A stretch of DNA of 62,900 bases, counting the filler, from Ministeria vibrans ATCC 50519 (lineage: Eukaryota; Protista; Filasterea): assembly GCA_943704425.1 (NCBI GenBank). It is 3 parts of 3 records of this genome, joined end to end, with 100 filler letters (N's around TTAATTAATTAA, not from the genome) between each part and the next. Parts side by side here need not be neighbours in the genome. Positions count along the whole stretch, not along the records: positions 31,436 to 61,761 come from CALSCP010002040.1; 2 more parts are not named here. One strand, given 5' to 3'. Shown in pieces: positions 40,408-55,167 of this stretch (position 1 is its first letter; every line of letters begins with the position of its first letter). Under the pieces are notes generated by a model that saw only the letters and a program-made list of their open reading frames with translations, did no database searches and was not told the DNA's origin. The position numbers and the translations under genes are program-made.

Positions 40408-41284
40408 TTATCTGAGAGTGACAGCGAATGTGCACTCTGAGAGGAGAGCGCGCACAGCAAGAAGAGCCGAGGGAAGGGCAAGGAAGAGACCGAAGAAGAA
40501 GAGACGGCGCAGGACGAGCTGCTGTGCGGCAGGGCTGAGCGTAGGGAATTGCTGGCTGTGCAGGTTTGGGTCGTCGGCGGCGCGCACCGAGAGCAGTAGA
40601 GTCCATGTAAATGGGGTGGGACTGGTGTTGTTGGTGTCGTGCCAGCGATGGTGTACATAGCCGATGGAGGAGTCGTTGCGCGCATCAATGTCGAGGGCAC
40701 ACTCACCACTGGCACTCACGAGGGTCCCTGCAGTGCGGTCGACAATGAGTTGGGCGCAGAGCAGGGCGGTTATCTTGTGGCCAGTGTGATCGGGCGTCGC
40801 GACGAGAAGATTTTGAAGGCGAGTGTGAACAGTGGAGACGTTGAGTTCAATGCCAATGCCCAACGACGATTCGGCGCCCACCGCACTGTGCGGCGTCGGG
40901 GCGACGGTGAGCGCCACTCTCGATTGAAAGACAGCCCAGCGAGGCGAGTGGCTCAGCGGCGCAACCGCCAGCTGGACGGGGGGCGCAGGCGGAGCGAGAC
41001 GGACCAGCGAGAGCGACTGATGCGCATTCACAGCAGTCGAGTGCGTGATGCCGATGGACACGGCGCTCTTTCGAAAGCTGTCAAACCCGTGGTCGCGCCA
41101 CGTCTTCTTGGCCGTGTCAAACTGTCTGCAACGGCGAGGGTGTGAGTCGGGAGGAGGAAAGGCAAATGACTCACTTTTGTGCCACAGCATCAACAATTGG
41201 CCGAAGCTGAAGACATGAAAGTGCTATGCACAGGCACGAGCCAAGAAAGGCAAACAGCACGATCGTTGATCGAGGAGGGTTCAT
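40408..41284 (-). CDS. Uncharacterised membrane protein with N- and C-terminal hydrophobic segments
   Basis: MNPPRSTIVLFAFLGSCLCIALSCL... splices into a long ORF ending in LFFFGLFLALPSALLAV. No family recognised. Confidence 0.5.
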
Positions 41285-41354
41285 ACAACGAAAGTGAAAA
41301 GTGACTGAAAACTGAAAAACGTAAAACATTGAACGTTCATTCACTTTTCTTATA

Positions 41355-42233
41355 ATGGCTCAAGGAACCCCTATCCACCAGCGCCGCGCACAGGCAAAGC
41401 ACGAACAGAAGATCACCAAGCGTGGACGCGTCGCCTCGACGGTACAGAGAGAGAGAGAGAGAGAGACGTCTTTTACCTCGACCTCGTCTCAGGTATTCAT
41501 ANNNNNNNNNNGAGAGAGAGAGAGAAAAAAAAAAAAAAAAGGAGCACTTCTTTCCTCTCTCAAATCACTCTGCGTCTCTCTATCACCCTACGAACGGAAC
41601 GAATCGTATGAGGGAGGGCATGTGTTGCGTGATGGGGACGCTGATGACCTGTCGGCGTCTCCTCTCTTGCGCTATGGCTGAAAGGGAAAACCTCAACGCG
41701 TCGCTGCGCCCTTTGCCCGGCCGCTTTCGGGCTTGTCGCTGGGTGTCATCCTGTGTTGTGTCCCGGGTTGATCTGACGAGACGCGAATCTGGTCACGGGA
41801 AGGGCGCAAATGCAATATTCGCATGAAGAAGAATATTTCCGTGTACGTGGCATCCGCTCCAGCAGCCGATTGAGCCATCGCCCGCCTACGCTCTCCCTTG
41901 CTGGACCCACACTGCATGTGTGGCCACAGTTGTTCGTGTTGTCGCAGTCGCAAAGCTGCTTGCATTTTGAAATGGCGCTTTGGGTTTCGTTTCGTGCGCT
42001 GACATGTCATTGTGATGGTGTAGAAGAAGGAGGACGACAAGCTTCCCGTGAGCAAGTCTGTTGTTGCACTCTTTATCTTTGTTGTTGTTGGCTCGGGTAA
42101 AGAGAAAAACAAATCGGATGCAGAGAGAAAGAGAGAGAGAGAGAGACAGTTGTTGACTCTCTTCACATTCGCTCTTGTAGCTGTCTTCCAGATCATCCAA
42201 ACCGCCATGAACACTCCGTCTCCCACCAGCTAA
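41355..42233 (+). CDS. SERP1: Stress-associated ER protein SERP1/RAMP4
   Basis: KHEQKITKRGRV | KKEDDKLPVSKSVVALFIFVVVGS | AVFQIIQ. Confidence 0.9.
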
Positions 42234-42432
42234 CCACCCCCACCCCCAGCCCTCCTCCACCGACACAGTACATATACAGACTAATAATTTTAGACCAACC
42301 CAAAAGTTCTCCATGCATCCAGAAATTTCTCTCGCTCACCTACTAAAACACACTCTTTCCCGCAAATAATTCCGATATAGCAACCACAAAGTAAGACTGA
42401 CTCTTTCCATATCGATTACACTCGGATATTGT

Positions 42433-43805
42433 TCAAAACATTTTGGCAAAAAGCGATTTTTCACGCGATAGCGACCACTGTGCAATTGCATCGAGTGCAG
42501 ATCGTTCCGGCTGCACATCGAGGGAAGGAGCCAAGCGCCCCAGCGCATCAAGGTCGCGCTGGGCCTGCTCCACATCGCAGCGTGCGCGTGTGCGGCGCAC
42601 ATTAGCGCGCACCCGGCGCACCAGGGCCTTGACGCAGTCGCATTGCAACCCCAGCGCACGCGAACACACCGCCACGCACTCTCCCAACATCGCATCCGCA
42701 CTGGCATCATCATCCGCGTCCACCGCCAGCACAAGCAGACACGCTCCCATGTTACACAGGCACGGCACCAGGATTCCATCCCGCACTTTGGGCGTCGCAG
42801 TGCCCTTCCGCTCAAATTGTCCCAACTACCTCAATTTCAATATCAATTCTTTTCTTTTTCTCTGCTTTGCTTCGCTTTAACTTACCTTTTCTCCAAGTTT
42901 CACCGCTTCTCTAAAGTCAGTGAGGGCCTTTTCATACCTAAAATCAAGTTGAAGCTCGTTTCGTTTTCCTTTGTTGCTTTTTGACTGACTGTTTCTCAGC
43001 AAATTTGTCCTTCCCGCTCTGTCTCAGAGCCAGCGCCCGTTCCAATAGTTGCTCTTCGTTCAAATCGTCCATTGACTCACTCGATTGTTCCACTCTGCGC
43101 ACCAAGTGCGAAAACGGAGATGAAAGAGGGATGCAGGTGAGAGCGAGCTCACCCTCACCCCCTCACTCAACAAGGGGGGGGGGGGGGGGGGGGGGCACCA
43201 ACTACGCGTACCGTTTCAGAAACAACTCAAAGTCAAGTGGCTCATTCTGAAGCGAAGAAAGTTCCTTGAACAGGTCCGACTGACTGGCGGCCCCGGCAGC
43301 ACAGCACGAGGGATGGCTGTTCGCGTCTGAGTCGTGGTGTGCGTGTGCCGTGGTCTTGTGCTGGTCGAGCACCATGATGAGCTGTGCGTACCCCCGCGTG
43401 TACTACATGCAGAGACAGACGCACAGGAGTCAGGCGGGGCGTGCGTCGGCAGCACTCCTATCCTACCGTGGGCTGGCAGTGGAAGCGAGCGCGTTCCCCC
43501 ACACGCATTGTCCGCACTGCTGTCTCCCACGCCGGCACGCAGAAGCTCTTGCCAAAGCGCACTTCGACTCCCTCGTTGCATTGCATGGTGTAGCTCGAGT
43601 GCGCGACAGTCCCGTTGGCGCGTCGTGTGCAAAACTCCACAAGTGCCTTTGGGCAAAGGAACGCGAGTCAACAAACGCCAAAGGTTCACAGTGGCGTCTG
43701 TACCAAAGTGCCAGGCTGGAACTCAGGCATGGCACCTTCGCCCTTCTCAATGATTCGCTTCAGCATGCCTCCGTTGGAGAGGATGTCCTCGATAGGAGGC
43801 GGCAT
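42433..43805 (-). CDS. AIP: AIP/AIPL1-like FKBP-TPR co-chaperone
   Basis: MLKRIIEKGEGAMPEFQPGT, VEVRFGKSFCVPAWETAVRTMRVGERARF, SCC insert, EPLDFELFL, and C-terminal TPRs ending EKSLFAKMF*. Confidence 0.8.
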
Positions 43806-44067
43806 CGCACTATTTTGATGAATAAAACTGAAACTAAAAGTCTAAGGCTGGTTTATTTTTCGCTTTCGTCTCTTCCCCCTTTTGATACTCCTGTTAGTCC
43901 TGTAGGCTGTAGGTGAATAAGGTGGACACGCTGAAAGTACTATATCTCACATTCTATCGCATATATTACGATTGAAGAATCGGATACTAATTGAACATTG
44001 TAAGTTGTATCTACTATGAACTATCTTGTAAGTTTAAAATTTTGCAAAATACAATCAAATATTTCCT

Positions 44068-45422
44068 ATGTCGCTGCTCTTCACTGCCGCTCGTTCGCTG
44101 CGAACTGTCGCTGGTCGCCGTGCTGCCTCGACGACGGCCCAGTCGCCGCTCCTCAAGGGCTGGCAGGCCGAAATCAACCATAACATGGGTATAGACGCAT
44201 GCGCCCCCCGCCTGCCGCGTGCCCCTGCCCCCTCCCCCCGCCTCTGCACCCGGCGATCGTGCCCTTCGTCGCAATTCCTTTCTCTTTCTCTCTCTCTTCT
44301 TTTTTTCTTGATGTCTTTTTGACCTTTCGCACTTGTCCATCATTTGTCCTTCATTTGCCCTTCATTTGCCCTCTCGCGTCGGATTTTGTGTTCCTGCCAC
44401 CTGCAGCCGATCGTGGGGCTGCCATGCCGTGCCCTCCTGGCCCTGGATGCCCCGCTCTTGCCCTCTGCTGACTCTTTCTTTTGTCGCTTGACTCTCTCTT
44501 AGAAACGTACAAGACGTGGAAGAACATCTCCTTCTTCATCGCCCTTCCCCTCACCGTCATTGTTGCTATCCGCACGTTCATGCAAGACGAGGTACGTTTT
44601 TCTTTCTTTTTTGTCGTTCACTTTTTGTCTTTTTTTTTTTTTTTTTTTTTTTTTTTCGAGTTGTGACATTCTTCGAGCCGTTTGAGCTGCTCACTCTGAC
44701 TGCACCCATCTCTTACGCTGGAAAAGAGCCGAATGGCCCTGTTCAACTTTCTTGATTGAGTCGTTCATTTAGTGTGAACTTTTTACGTTCTCTCACGAAC
44801 CAGACAAATACCCTCTCTCTCTGCACTACTCTTCTCTTATGATGATGGGTGTGATGTACTACTACTCTTGTTCTATGATGAGTGTGATGTACTTCTCTTG
44901 TCCTGATGTACTTCTCTTCTCTTACGATGAGTGTGATGTACTTCTCTTCTTTTACGATGAGTGTGATGTACTACTCTTCTCTTATGATGAGTGTGAGGGA
45001 TGTACTACTCTCCTCTTATGATGATGAGTGTGATGCACTTATGATGATGAGTGTGATATTATGGGTGTGATGTACTGGGTGTATACGTTTGTATGTCTTT
45101 CGCGACATCCCCGTCTGTTGTGCATGTTAGAGTTGCCTCGTTCTATATCCCTTTTGTGATTTTCATCTCATTAAATAAACATTGTTTGACACATCGCAGG
45201 ATCTTCCTGACAAGGAAAACTACGTAAAGTACGAACACCTCCGCCTCCGTCTTCGAGTAAGAAGAGCCCATAATCACAGTCGAACATGACAATCCAACGG
45301 AATCACACCCTTTCTAAAACTACTTTTTCTTCTCCGTGCCACAGTCCTTCCCGTGGGGCGACGACACGCTCATGCACAACCCTCACGTCAATGCCGGCGC
45401 AGATGGCTACGAAGGGCACTAA
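44068..45422 (+). CDS. COX6A: Cytochrome c oxidase subunit 6A
   Basis: Transit peptide; TWKNISFFIALP; YEHLRLR; FPWGDDTLMHNPHVN. Confidence 0.92.
44822..45080 (+). repeat. Intronic ~30-bp degenerate minisatellite (ATGATGAGTGTGATGTACTACTCTTCTCTT)
   Basis: Roughly 8 degenerate copies in a COX6A intron. Confidence 0.85.
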
Positions 45423-45519
45423 ACCTAATGACATCACATTATCAAAAAATAAATCAATTAACAGTGCATTTTTTAAAAAAAAAACACAAAACGTTAGGAT
45501 TGTATATTCAGAATAATTA

Positions 45520-48500
45520 TTACAGTGGGCCAATAAGATCATCCGCGTCATCCATGACCAGTGTACGGCCCGACCGAACGAGCGCCTTTGTCGTGTTTGC
45601 ACTATTCGTCTTTTTGGGACGCACCATAGGTACTTGACTGCTCTCCGCTGCCACAACATTGCTCTGCGTGAACGAGAGGGGCGGGACACTTGCCGTCTTC
45701 TTCTTGTTCTTCTTCTCATGTCGCTCTCGTTCCACGGTCGCACTGCTCTCCTCAATGCCCATCTGAGGCACCGACCCTCTCCCCTTCTTCAGCACCGGCT
45801 CATCATCATCATCATCCTCTTCTGCTTTATCAAATATTGACTTCGGCTTCTTCGCCTCCTTTCCCTTTTTCTTCTTCTTCTTTCCTTCCTTCTGCGCCCC
45901 TTCCCCTTCCGCCTCCTCTTCACGCAGCAGCTTCCGCACAAGTGCCTCTGCCGCAGGCGACCCTTCCTCCGTCTCCACTTCCCCCGTTCTCTTCTGCTTC
46001 TTTTCTTCTGCTTCGTCAGAGTGCATCTTCAGTTGTGGTTGTGGGACTCCTTTGCGTCCCAGCACAGGCGAGTCGTCCTCCACATCAATGACAACCTCAT
46101 TGCTTGCGTTGAGACGATCGTCCGTCTCGCACTCCATACGATCCATTTGCTCCACTGCAGAGTACTCCAATGCATACGCTCCGCTGCTGTTGCGCTGTCG
46201 TCGTACATGCCACAAAAAGAGCAGTAGCAACGCCACGGCAATGACAATGGGCACTGCCACTGCAATTACAGGATATGGCACAAGATTGTGCACCGTTACG
46301 ATGCCGCCACTCACAATCACAGTCGATAGCTCATTGACACACTTCACGCGAAGCGCATACCCCCCCTCCGCCGCGTACACATGCATGGCCGTGCGCTGTG
46401 TCGTGTGCGTCACCGCAGTGCCATCGCCCCAATCAAAAGTGTACGAGACGGCACCAAACGCACTGCCATGACTCACATCCGTGTACTCCACCGACGCCAC
46501 CAGGCTCTGGCCTCGTGTCGCCACGCTGCCCACTACCACACCGACATCCGCCGTTGTCAAAGTCCCAATTCCAACCACAGTTACATTGCTCGATTGGGAC
46601 GTAGTTCCCGCTTCGTTGGTCAGCGTCACCCTCACCGTGTACGTCCCCACGTCACTGTACACATGTTCTGTCGACGGATCGTCCACCGTCGGCCCAGCTG
46701 GTGCACTTCCATCGCCAAAATCCCACTCGTACGTCACACTCCCATAACCATACGTCCCGATTGGAGGACTCGCCAGTTCAACAACAAACCTACAAGTTAT
46801 AATAATTATGATGTGTAACTAATTATTAGATAAGACGTTAAACCAAACAGCAACTACTAACTCTCTTGACCACTTTTGTTTCTCCCTCCTCCGCTCTCTG
46901 TATATGCAGTATTACTCTGAAGGGCTTCCAACTCGAATGGTCTTTGTCCGCGCAATGGTGACGGCAGAGGGATCAATGAAGACAGCGCCCGAGACAAGAA
47001 TGGCACGTGAGACGAGTGTCTCGCCAGCGGCATTGGCAACGCGCACCGTCACGTTGTGTGTGCCTGGGGTGATGTACGTGTGGTTGACACTGCGTCCTTG
47101 TGTCAGTGAAGTTCCGTCGCCAAAGTCGTAGGTGACGGTGAGCACGCCGACGTTGAGAACGCCGTTGGAAATCTCTATAGCATAGTAGCTGGTCTGACCC
47201 AGCAGCTGATGGGCCGTGTAGAACACCTCGACGGCGGACGCCGGGATCACATCGACACCGTAGACGACGACCGAGACGGCACTCGTCACCGTGATGGAAC
47301 CAAGGGCATTGGTGATGGTGCACTGCGGAGTGACTTGAGCGATGCGCGTGAATGTGTGCACGACTGCACTCGACGAGGTTGAGAGAGCGGGCGTGCCATC
47401 GTGGAAATTCCATACAAACTGTGCATCCACCGCCATCGAAGGGTCCGTGAAGTTGACGGCAAACGAAACGGGATCCAAAAGGTGTGCACGAGTGGGCACA
47501 ACGAGCGGTGCGGCAGCCGCTGTCAACGGTTGAAGCACCATGACGCTTCGAACACTCGCGTCGGCACCAACGGCATTCACTGCAACCACGCTCACCGAGA
47601 CTGAGCCAACAGGCGCATCGACTGTCCACTCAAGCGTAGAACCAGACGTGGACGTGTGGACGGCGTTCTGTGCGATGCCGCGAACACTCCAGTGATAGAC
47701 AGCGTGAAGCAACGAACCCTGTGTGGCCGTCGCATTGAAGGTGACTGTTTGGCCAACGGCAACGGCCGGATGCGCTGCGGGACTCATAGCAATGGTGAGT
47801 CCCTGAATGGGCAAAAGAGGACACGCAACGGGATGTGGTTCGAGTGACAGAGCGACCCCGCCGGAGCACACGTCGGCAGCAACGCGTCTGTAACCGGTCA
47901 CGGGCAGATAGAGAGTGTCCTCGGGGCAGGGAGTGGGCGGAGTGGGCTGTATGCCCGGTAGAGGAAGGCAGTAGGGGGAGGCATCGTCACGGTAGTAGCC
48001 ATAGGCACATGCAAAGTCGGATGCCTGGCACGAACAATTAAAGACACTCGTGAGCACAAGAGGGGACGCACGCGAGTCGTGGCACGGATGCAATGGAGAG
48101 GGACGCAGGAGCGTTTGTGACTGGCCCAGCAGACACATGGACTGACCTGTGCCTGCTGTGTACGACTCAAGCTCAGTTGCAGTGCACACCGAGCCCAAAG
48201 CCCCTGCAAAATTGACCTTGGCCACCGCCCAATGGCCATCGCCAGTCGTCCCCACCACAAGTGTTGATGTCGACACGTCTCCCAACGAGACAATCTGCTG
48301 CGACGCAATCGGGCTCGGCAGTGCAGAAGACACACTCCACGATACACCATAGTCAAGAGAGTAGCGAAAGAGCGCCGTAGGAACCGTAGATGCATTGATC
48401 GCCAACAATGCTCCTCCTCGATTGATCATACCAGGTAGAACATCCGAAGCAATGCTCTACAAGTACAAAAATGAAAATCCATTCAAATCCATTCTATTCT

Positions 48501-49691
48501 TGTTCTTCCTATACGTTGAAGAAGTTGTTTGAGCCATCAGAGCTGACGTAAAGCGATGATGATGATGACGATGAGGAAGGGAGAGGAAGAGACGACGAAT
48601 GGGCGCGAGCGAGGACGATGCCGGTTTGGCTGGCAAGGACTGAGTGAAGAGTGTCAATGGTGAGGGAGCACCGCGGAGGAACGCAGGTGCCATCGGGGGT
48701 GCCCAGGGAAAGCCAGAATGCACCTATAATAAACACAGCCAACTCGTGAGACTTTCTGATTCGATTACTCTCCTGTGTGCGCACCTTTGTCGCGCGTGAT
48801 GAAGGTGCGCGAGTCGCATGTGACAAGGTAGAGGCCTGGAATGGCACCATGGGCAACCTGGGCAAATGCATCAAGGGAGGAGCAGGCAAGAGACTTGACA
48901 AAGTGCGTTGCGTGTGTGTCGGTGCTAGCAAGAAGAGTGCCGTTGGTGTGGATGAATGTAATGGACTGAGCGGCACTGAGCACTTGTACGGGCGAGGAAG
49001 GCACAATGTTGGGCGGCAGGAGTGCCCGTTGGAGCACAAGGGGCGCCGAGAGAAGCTGATGTGTCGAGGTAGACACCCACAAGGAAGTAGATGTGGTGGG
49101 AGTGGCAACTGAAGCGAGCAAAAGTCCGTCACCAAGCGTCATTTCGACAACATCACACACGTTTGTGGGTGTCCAAGTGACGCCAAAGTCATCAGAGTAG
49201 CCAAGGCATCCTGCTGATTTTGACGACGACGTCGTCGTCGTTGTGGCACTACCGGTCGTGGCGTACAGTGCTACAATGCGAGTGCTACCACTTGCACCGT
49301 TTTGGTCGGTGACAGCCGACGCTGCCCACTTGACGGACAGGAGCGACACGGCGTCGCCGACAGAGAGGCTTGTAAACGAAGTGCCGCGGTCTCGCGAGAG
49401 AAGAAAGTTGTTTGATGCGGCGCGTGTGTCCGACACAAGCATCATCTGGTCAAACTGGGGGTGGAAGTGGAGGCGTGCGGGTGCAATGGGCACGGGAGTT
49501 GAGGTCCAGCGATCGCCGGCGTCTGGCGTCGTAAAGACGATGCGGTGGACAGCGTCGCACAGTGACAGGGTGTTTGCATTGGACGGCGACTGCACAAGCA
49601 TGTCTGCGCGTAGATTCGATGGGAGAGGAGCGCCTACGCCCACGTTGAGCGAATCGAAGCTTTCGCCCGAGTCCTAACAAAAGCAAAATGT

Positions 49692-49733
<42 letters not shown>

Positions 49734-49966
49734 AGGCAGACGCCTACCAGACTTCGATAGAGCGCCGACGGGGGCGCGCCGTGCGTGCTGATGTTCGTCG
49801 CCGAGAAGAGCGCAAAGACAACGGCGCTCGTGTCGCCCAACGCCACCAGTTGAACGACGGGAACCAAATGATCCGACTCGGAGCCAAATTTGAAAAGAGT
49901 GCTGGTGACGCTACCACCCCAAGCAACCCGGGTGGTGATCGTTAAGATCAATGCGAGTACCAGCAT
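45520..49966 (-). CDS. VPS10-domain receptor with PKD repeats, TM and acidic tail (SorCS-like)
   Basis: Signal peptide; Asp-box repeats (TPDAGDRW, SRDRGTSF, YSDDFGVTW, YSLDYGVSW); 10CC region (CSCQASDFACAYGY, GYRRVAADVCSGG); several WDFGDG-type PKD domains; TM VAVPIVIAVALLLLFLW. Confidence 0.85.
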
Positions 49967-50282
49967 AATACACAAGAATCAAGATTGTATTATGAGATAT
50001 TTTGAGTATTCGTGTCCTATTCAAAACCAAAAGTTCTAATTCACTTGGATTTTGATCTTTCGTGGATCTTTCAATTCTCCCTCTGCAGACTTCGAGACTG
50101 ACTCCCCCTCAGTGGACCTTTGTAGCGCTTGTGTTGGTTGCAGCGCTCTGTATGCTCCGGAGTCTCTCGCGTTTCTCCCCGTCGCTTCTCAGTCGCTCGA
50201 CAAATCCATTTCGGTCTTGATCGTTTGCGTTACGTTTGTTCGTCTGAAACGATTGGTGTTTGTGTGTTTTTATAGACTCTAT

Positions 50283-50970
<688 letters not shown>

Positions 50971-51228
50971 CAAGGACCATCTTTTATAATAAAAGTTACT
51001 CTTATCATAAATTATCATGCAGTCGCAACGCAATTATGTCAACGCAAGACAAGTGAGTAGTTGGTCCCGTTACAGTTAATATTCGAGCTTCCGACGCGAA
51101 CGCACGCCGACTGCACCCTTCTGCTCAAGCGTCAAGACAGGCACGAGACTGATGACTGACGGCCCGTCCAGGCGTACACAATGAACGTGTTGCTAGCTTT
51201 TGTCTTGTTTTGGCATTGGTTTACGTTC

Positions 51229-52236
51229 CTATTGCATATGAAATTCCATCCTTTGATGAAAGGCATTTGGGTTTGGACTGTGACTCTCAGACTGAGAGCA
51301 GGGTTTGATTGGGGGCACAGGCGGACCGCACATGTGCTGGCGTAGCTTTTCGTGTGTGTCGTCCCAGGCGGTGCGCAGCGAGGGCAAACTAGCACTGCAA
51401 AACGACGGAATGTAGCGCTGCTGCCAAAAGGCCACGCCGATAGGTATGGGATCACTTGACGTGGCGCGACCACAGCGCGTTTCGTGAGGTGGCATGGGTG
51501 GTGTTGTCCAGAAGAGTGTGCGCCAGTGGGGTGCGACCGACGACCAGGGCTGCTTGCCAACCACAAGAGGCTCGAGCAAGGCAAGAAAGTGAGCAACGGT
51601 CGTGGCGTTGAGCGCGTCGGCGAAGGCACTGCGCTCGCGCGTGTCCAGCGACTGCTGAGTGAGCCACATGTATAAATCGTAATCTCCGATGAAGCCCTGG
51701 TACAGGTAGTACACACCGTCGGGAGCACGCTGAAGAACAAAGGTGTGACCGGTCCCAAGAAGCGGAGACTGGAGGTACACCTGAACAATGAGACGAGCGG
51801 CTGAGTCGCCAGCGCACGCAGGTGACACCCCAAGCAAGCAGGCAATCTGCTGCAGTGTCGAACGGGCCGACTCGGCTGAAGGCACCGTGCAGCCAACGTG
51901 GGGCAGCCATGGGGCACTGTCGTACGTCTGCAGGCCCGTCTGAGCCTGGAAGAGCGCCAGCGTTGCGTTTGTGACGGGCAGGCGCGAGAGCGACGACATG
52001 TATGCTGCGGACGAGAAGAAGTACGTCATGAAGAGCGCCGTCGAGTCGCACGAGCAAGGGTCCATGCCCGACAGGTAGCCCCGGCCCGCCGCGACCAGCT
52101 GCGCCACTGTGTCGCGAGAGCGCTCGTCACAACTCTCACTGACAAAATTCTGCATCAAAAACTCGCGGCACAAGTCACCCTTGCTGCCCACTAGTCCAAC
52201 AACGATGTACACACTTATGACTAAGAAGGGTTTCAT
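51229..52236 (-). CDS. Intronless secreted protein with a putative papain-like Cys-His-Gln triad
   Basis: 335-aa ORF with a signal peptide, SCDSTA, GHTFVL and YLYQGFIGDYDL. Confidence 0.65.
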   Translation of the reverse strand: MKPFLVISVYIVVGLVGSKGDLCREFLMQNFVSESCDERSRDTVAQLVAAGRGYLSGMDPCSCDSTALFMTYFFSSAAYMSSLSRLPVTNATLALFQAQTGLQTYDSAPWLPHVGCTVPSAESARSTLQQIACLLGVSPACAGDSAARLIVQVYLQSPLLGTGHTFVLQRAPDGVYYLYQGFIGDYDLYMWLTQQSLDTRERSAFADALNATTVAHFLALLEPLVVGKQPWSSVAPHWRTLFWTTPPMPPHETRCGRATSSDPIPIGVAFWQQRYIPSFCSASLPSLRTAWDDTHEKLRQHMCGPPVPPIKPCSQSESHSPNPNAFHQRMEFHMQ

Positions 52237-52814
52237 AACAAGAACATAAATAAAAATATTGTTATGATAAATTTTAAAAAGTTTACGACTTTAAAAAAAA
52301 CCATAAACAATCTCAAAAATCACCAAAATTAATAATTATACTCCACAAGTGACCACAATTCTGTCCACATTCCACAACTCCGGATTTAGAGTGAGTCGTT
52401 CTCTTAAGGCATGAAATAATTTTAGGTTATTTCGATGTTCGGTAATAATAAAATAGGTTAACTGGTTATGGCGGAAAGGACATGTCTTATTCAATAGCAT
52501 CCAAAAGTTGTTTGGTGAAGGCGATTGACATGTCATTTCCAAACTCACACAGTCACAGTGGTGTCATAATTTGTTTGGGGAAAATTTCGTGTACAGTTTT
52601 TATTAAAAGGGGAACGAAAAGGACAGTTTTTTTTGTTTTTTCTTCTTTTTTCTGTTTTCCTTTCTCTCTAGGGTTTTTTGGGAGTCCTTTTCTAGGCAGT
52701 TCCCCTCACTCATACTCTCTCTCGACTGTTTCTCTCCTCAATACTGTTTCTCTCCTCAATGAGACTCACTCACTCACAAACACACACACACACAACACCA
52801 AGAGACGAGGACAA

Positions 52815-53785
<971 letters not shown>

Positions 53786-54173
53786 TGTTGTCCGTAAAAG
53801 TTATCTGTGACACGACACAACACACACACAAAAAAAGGAGGGGGTCAGCATTGGCCTGTCGATGTATACGTCAAGGGTGAGAGTTTAAACTCCAGTAGGT
53901 GGGAGGAGGGCGCATAGGCATTGGCTGTTGCAGTGTGCTGGCGAATCTCGTGGAAGTTTCACCCAACTCGCGACGGAAATGCACTGCACAAGCGATCATT
54001 CCACAGCACAATCAAACGGCAAAACAGCTATGATGTCAATCAGCGCAAGGGCGGGCGGGCAAAGGGCCCCAACGCGCCCGTACTGTTATTTTTCGGCGGA
54101 CAAGGAGCGACAAGTCAAAAAAAGGATGTTGGAAAGAGCAAGCCGGCGGGCGTCAAGTTGCCTTTCGCTTTTC

Positions 54174-55069
54174 NNNNNNNNNNNNNNNNNNNNNNNNNNN
54201 NNNNNNNNNNNNNNNNNNNNNNNNNNNNNNNNNNNNNNNNNNNNNNNNNNNNNNNNNNNNNNNNNNNNNNNNNNNNNNNNNNNNNNNNNNNNNNNNNNNN
54301 NNNNNNNNNNNNNNNNNNNNNNNNNNNNNNNNNNNNNNNNNNNNNNNNNNNNNNNNNNNNNNNNNNNNNNNNNNNNNNNNNNNNNNNNNNNNNNNNNNNN
54401 NNNNNNNNNNNNNNNNNNNNNNNNNNNNNNNNNNNNNNNNNNNNNNNNNNNNNNNNNNNNNNNNNNNNNNNNNNNNNNNNNNNNNNNNNNNNNNNNNNNN
54501 NNNNNNNNNNNNNNNNNNNNNNNNNNNNNNNNNNNNNNNNNNNNNNNNNNNNNNNNNNNNNNNNNNNNNNNNNNNNNNNNNNNNNNNNNNNNNNNNNNNN
54601 NNNNNNNNNNNNNNNNNNNNNNNNNNNNNNNNNNNNNNNNNNNNNNNNNNNNNNNNNNNNNNNNNNNNNNNNNNNNNNNNNNNNNNNNNNNNNNNNNNNN
54701 NNNNNNNNNNNNNNNNNNNNNNNNNNNNNNNNNNNNNNNNNNNNNNNNNNNNNNNNNNNNNNNNNNNNNNNNNNNNNNNNNNNNNNNNNNNNNNNNNNNN
54801 NNNNNNNNNNNNNNNNNNNNNNNNNNNNNNNNNNNNNNNNNNNNNNNNNNNNNNNNNNNNNNNNNNNNNNNNNNNNNNNNNNNNNNNNNNNNNNNNNNNN
54901 NNNNNNNNNNNNNNNNNNNNNNNNNNNNNNNNNNNNNNNNNNNNNNNNNNNNNNNNNNNNNNNNNNNNNNNNNNNNNNNNNNNNNNNNNNNNNNNNNNNN
55001 NNNNNNNNNNNNNNNNNNNNNNNNNNNNNNNNNNNNNNNNNNNNNNNNNNNNNNNNNNNNNNNNNNNNN
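54174..55069. other. Assembly gap
   Basis: Run of N. Confidence 0.99.
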
Positions 55070-55167
55070 TTTTTTTTTTTTTCCTCGTGTTTTGTTTCAT
55101 TGTCGACATCTGCCTGCCGCACCGGCGCACAGCCGCAGCTTACCGTTGTGTGCGTTGTATTCTGTAG

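Noticed and set aside
44822-45080. CRISPR array or box C/D snoRNA cluster
   Set aside because: It is a degenerate head-to-tail minisatellite with no unique spacers and no paired D boxes.
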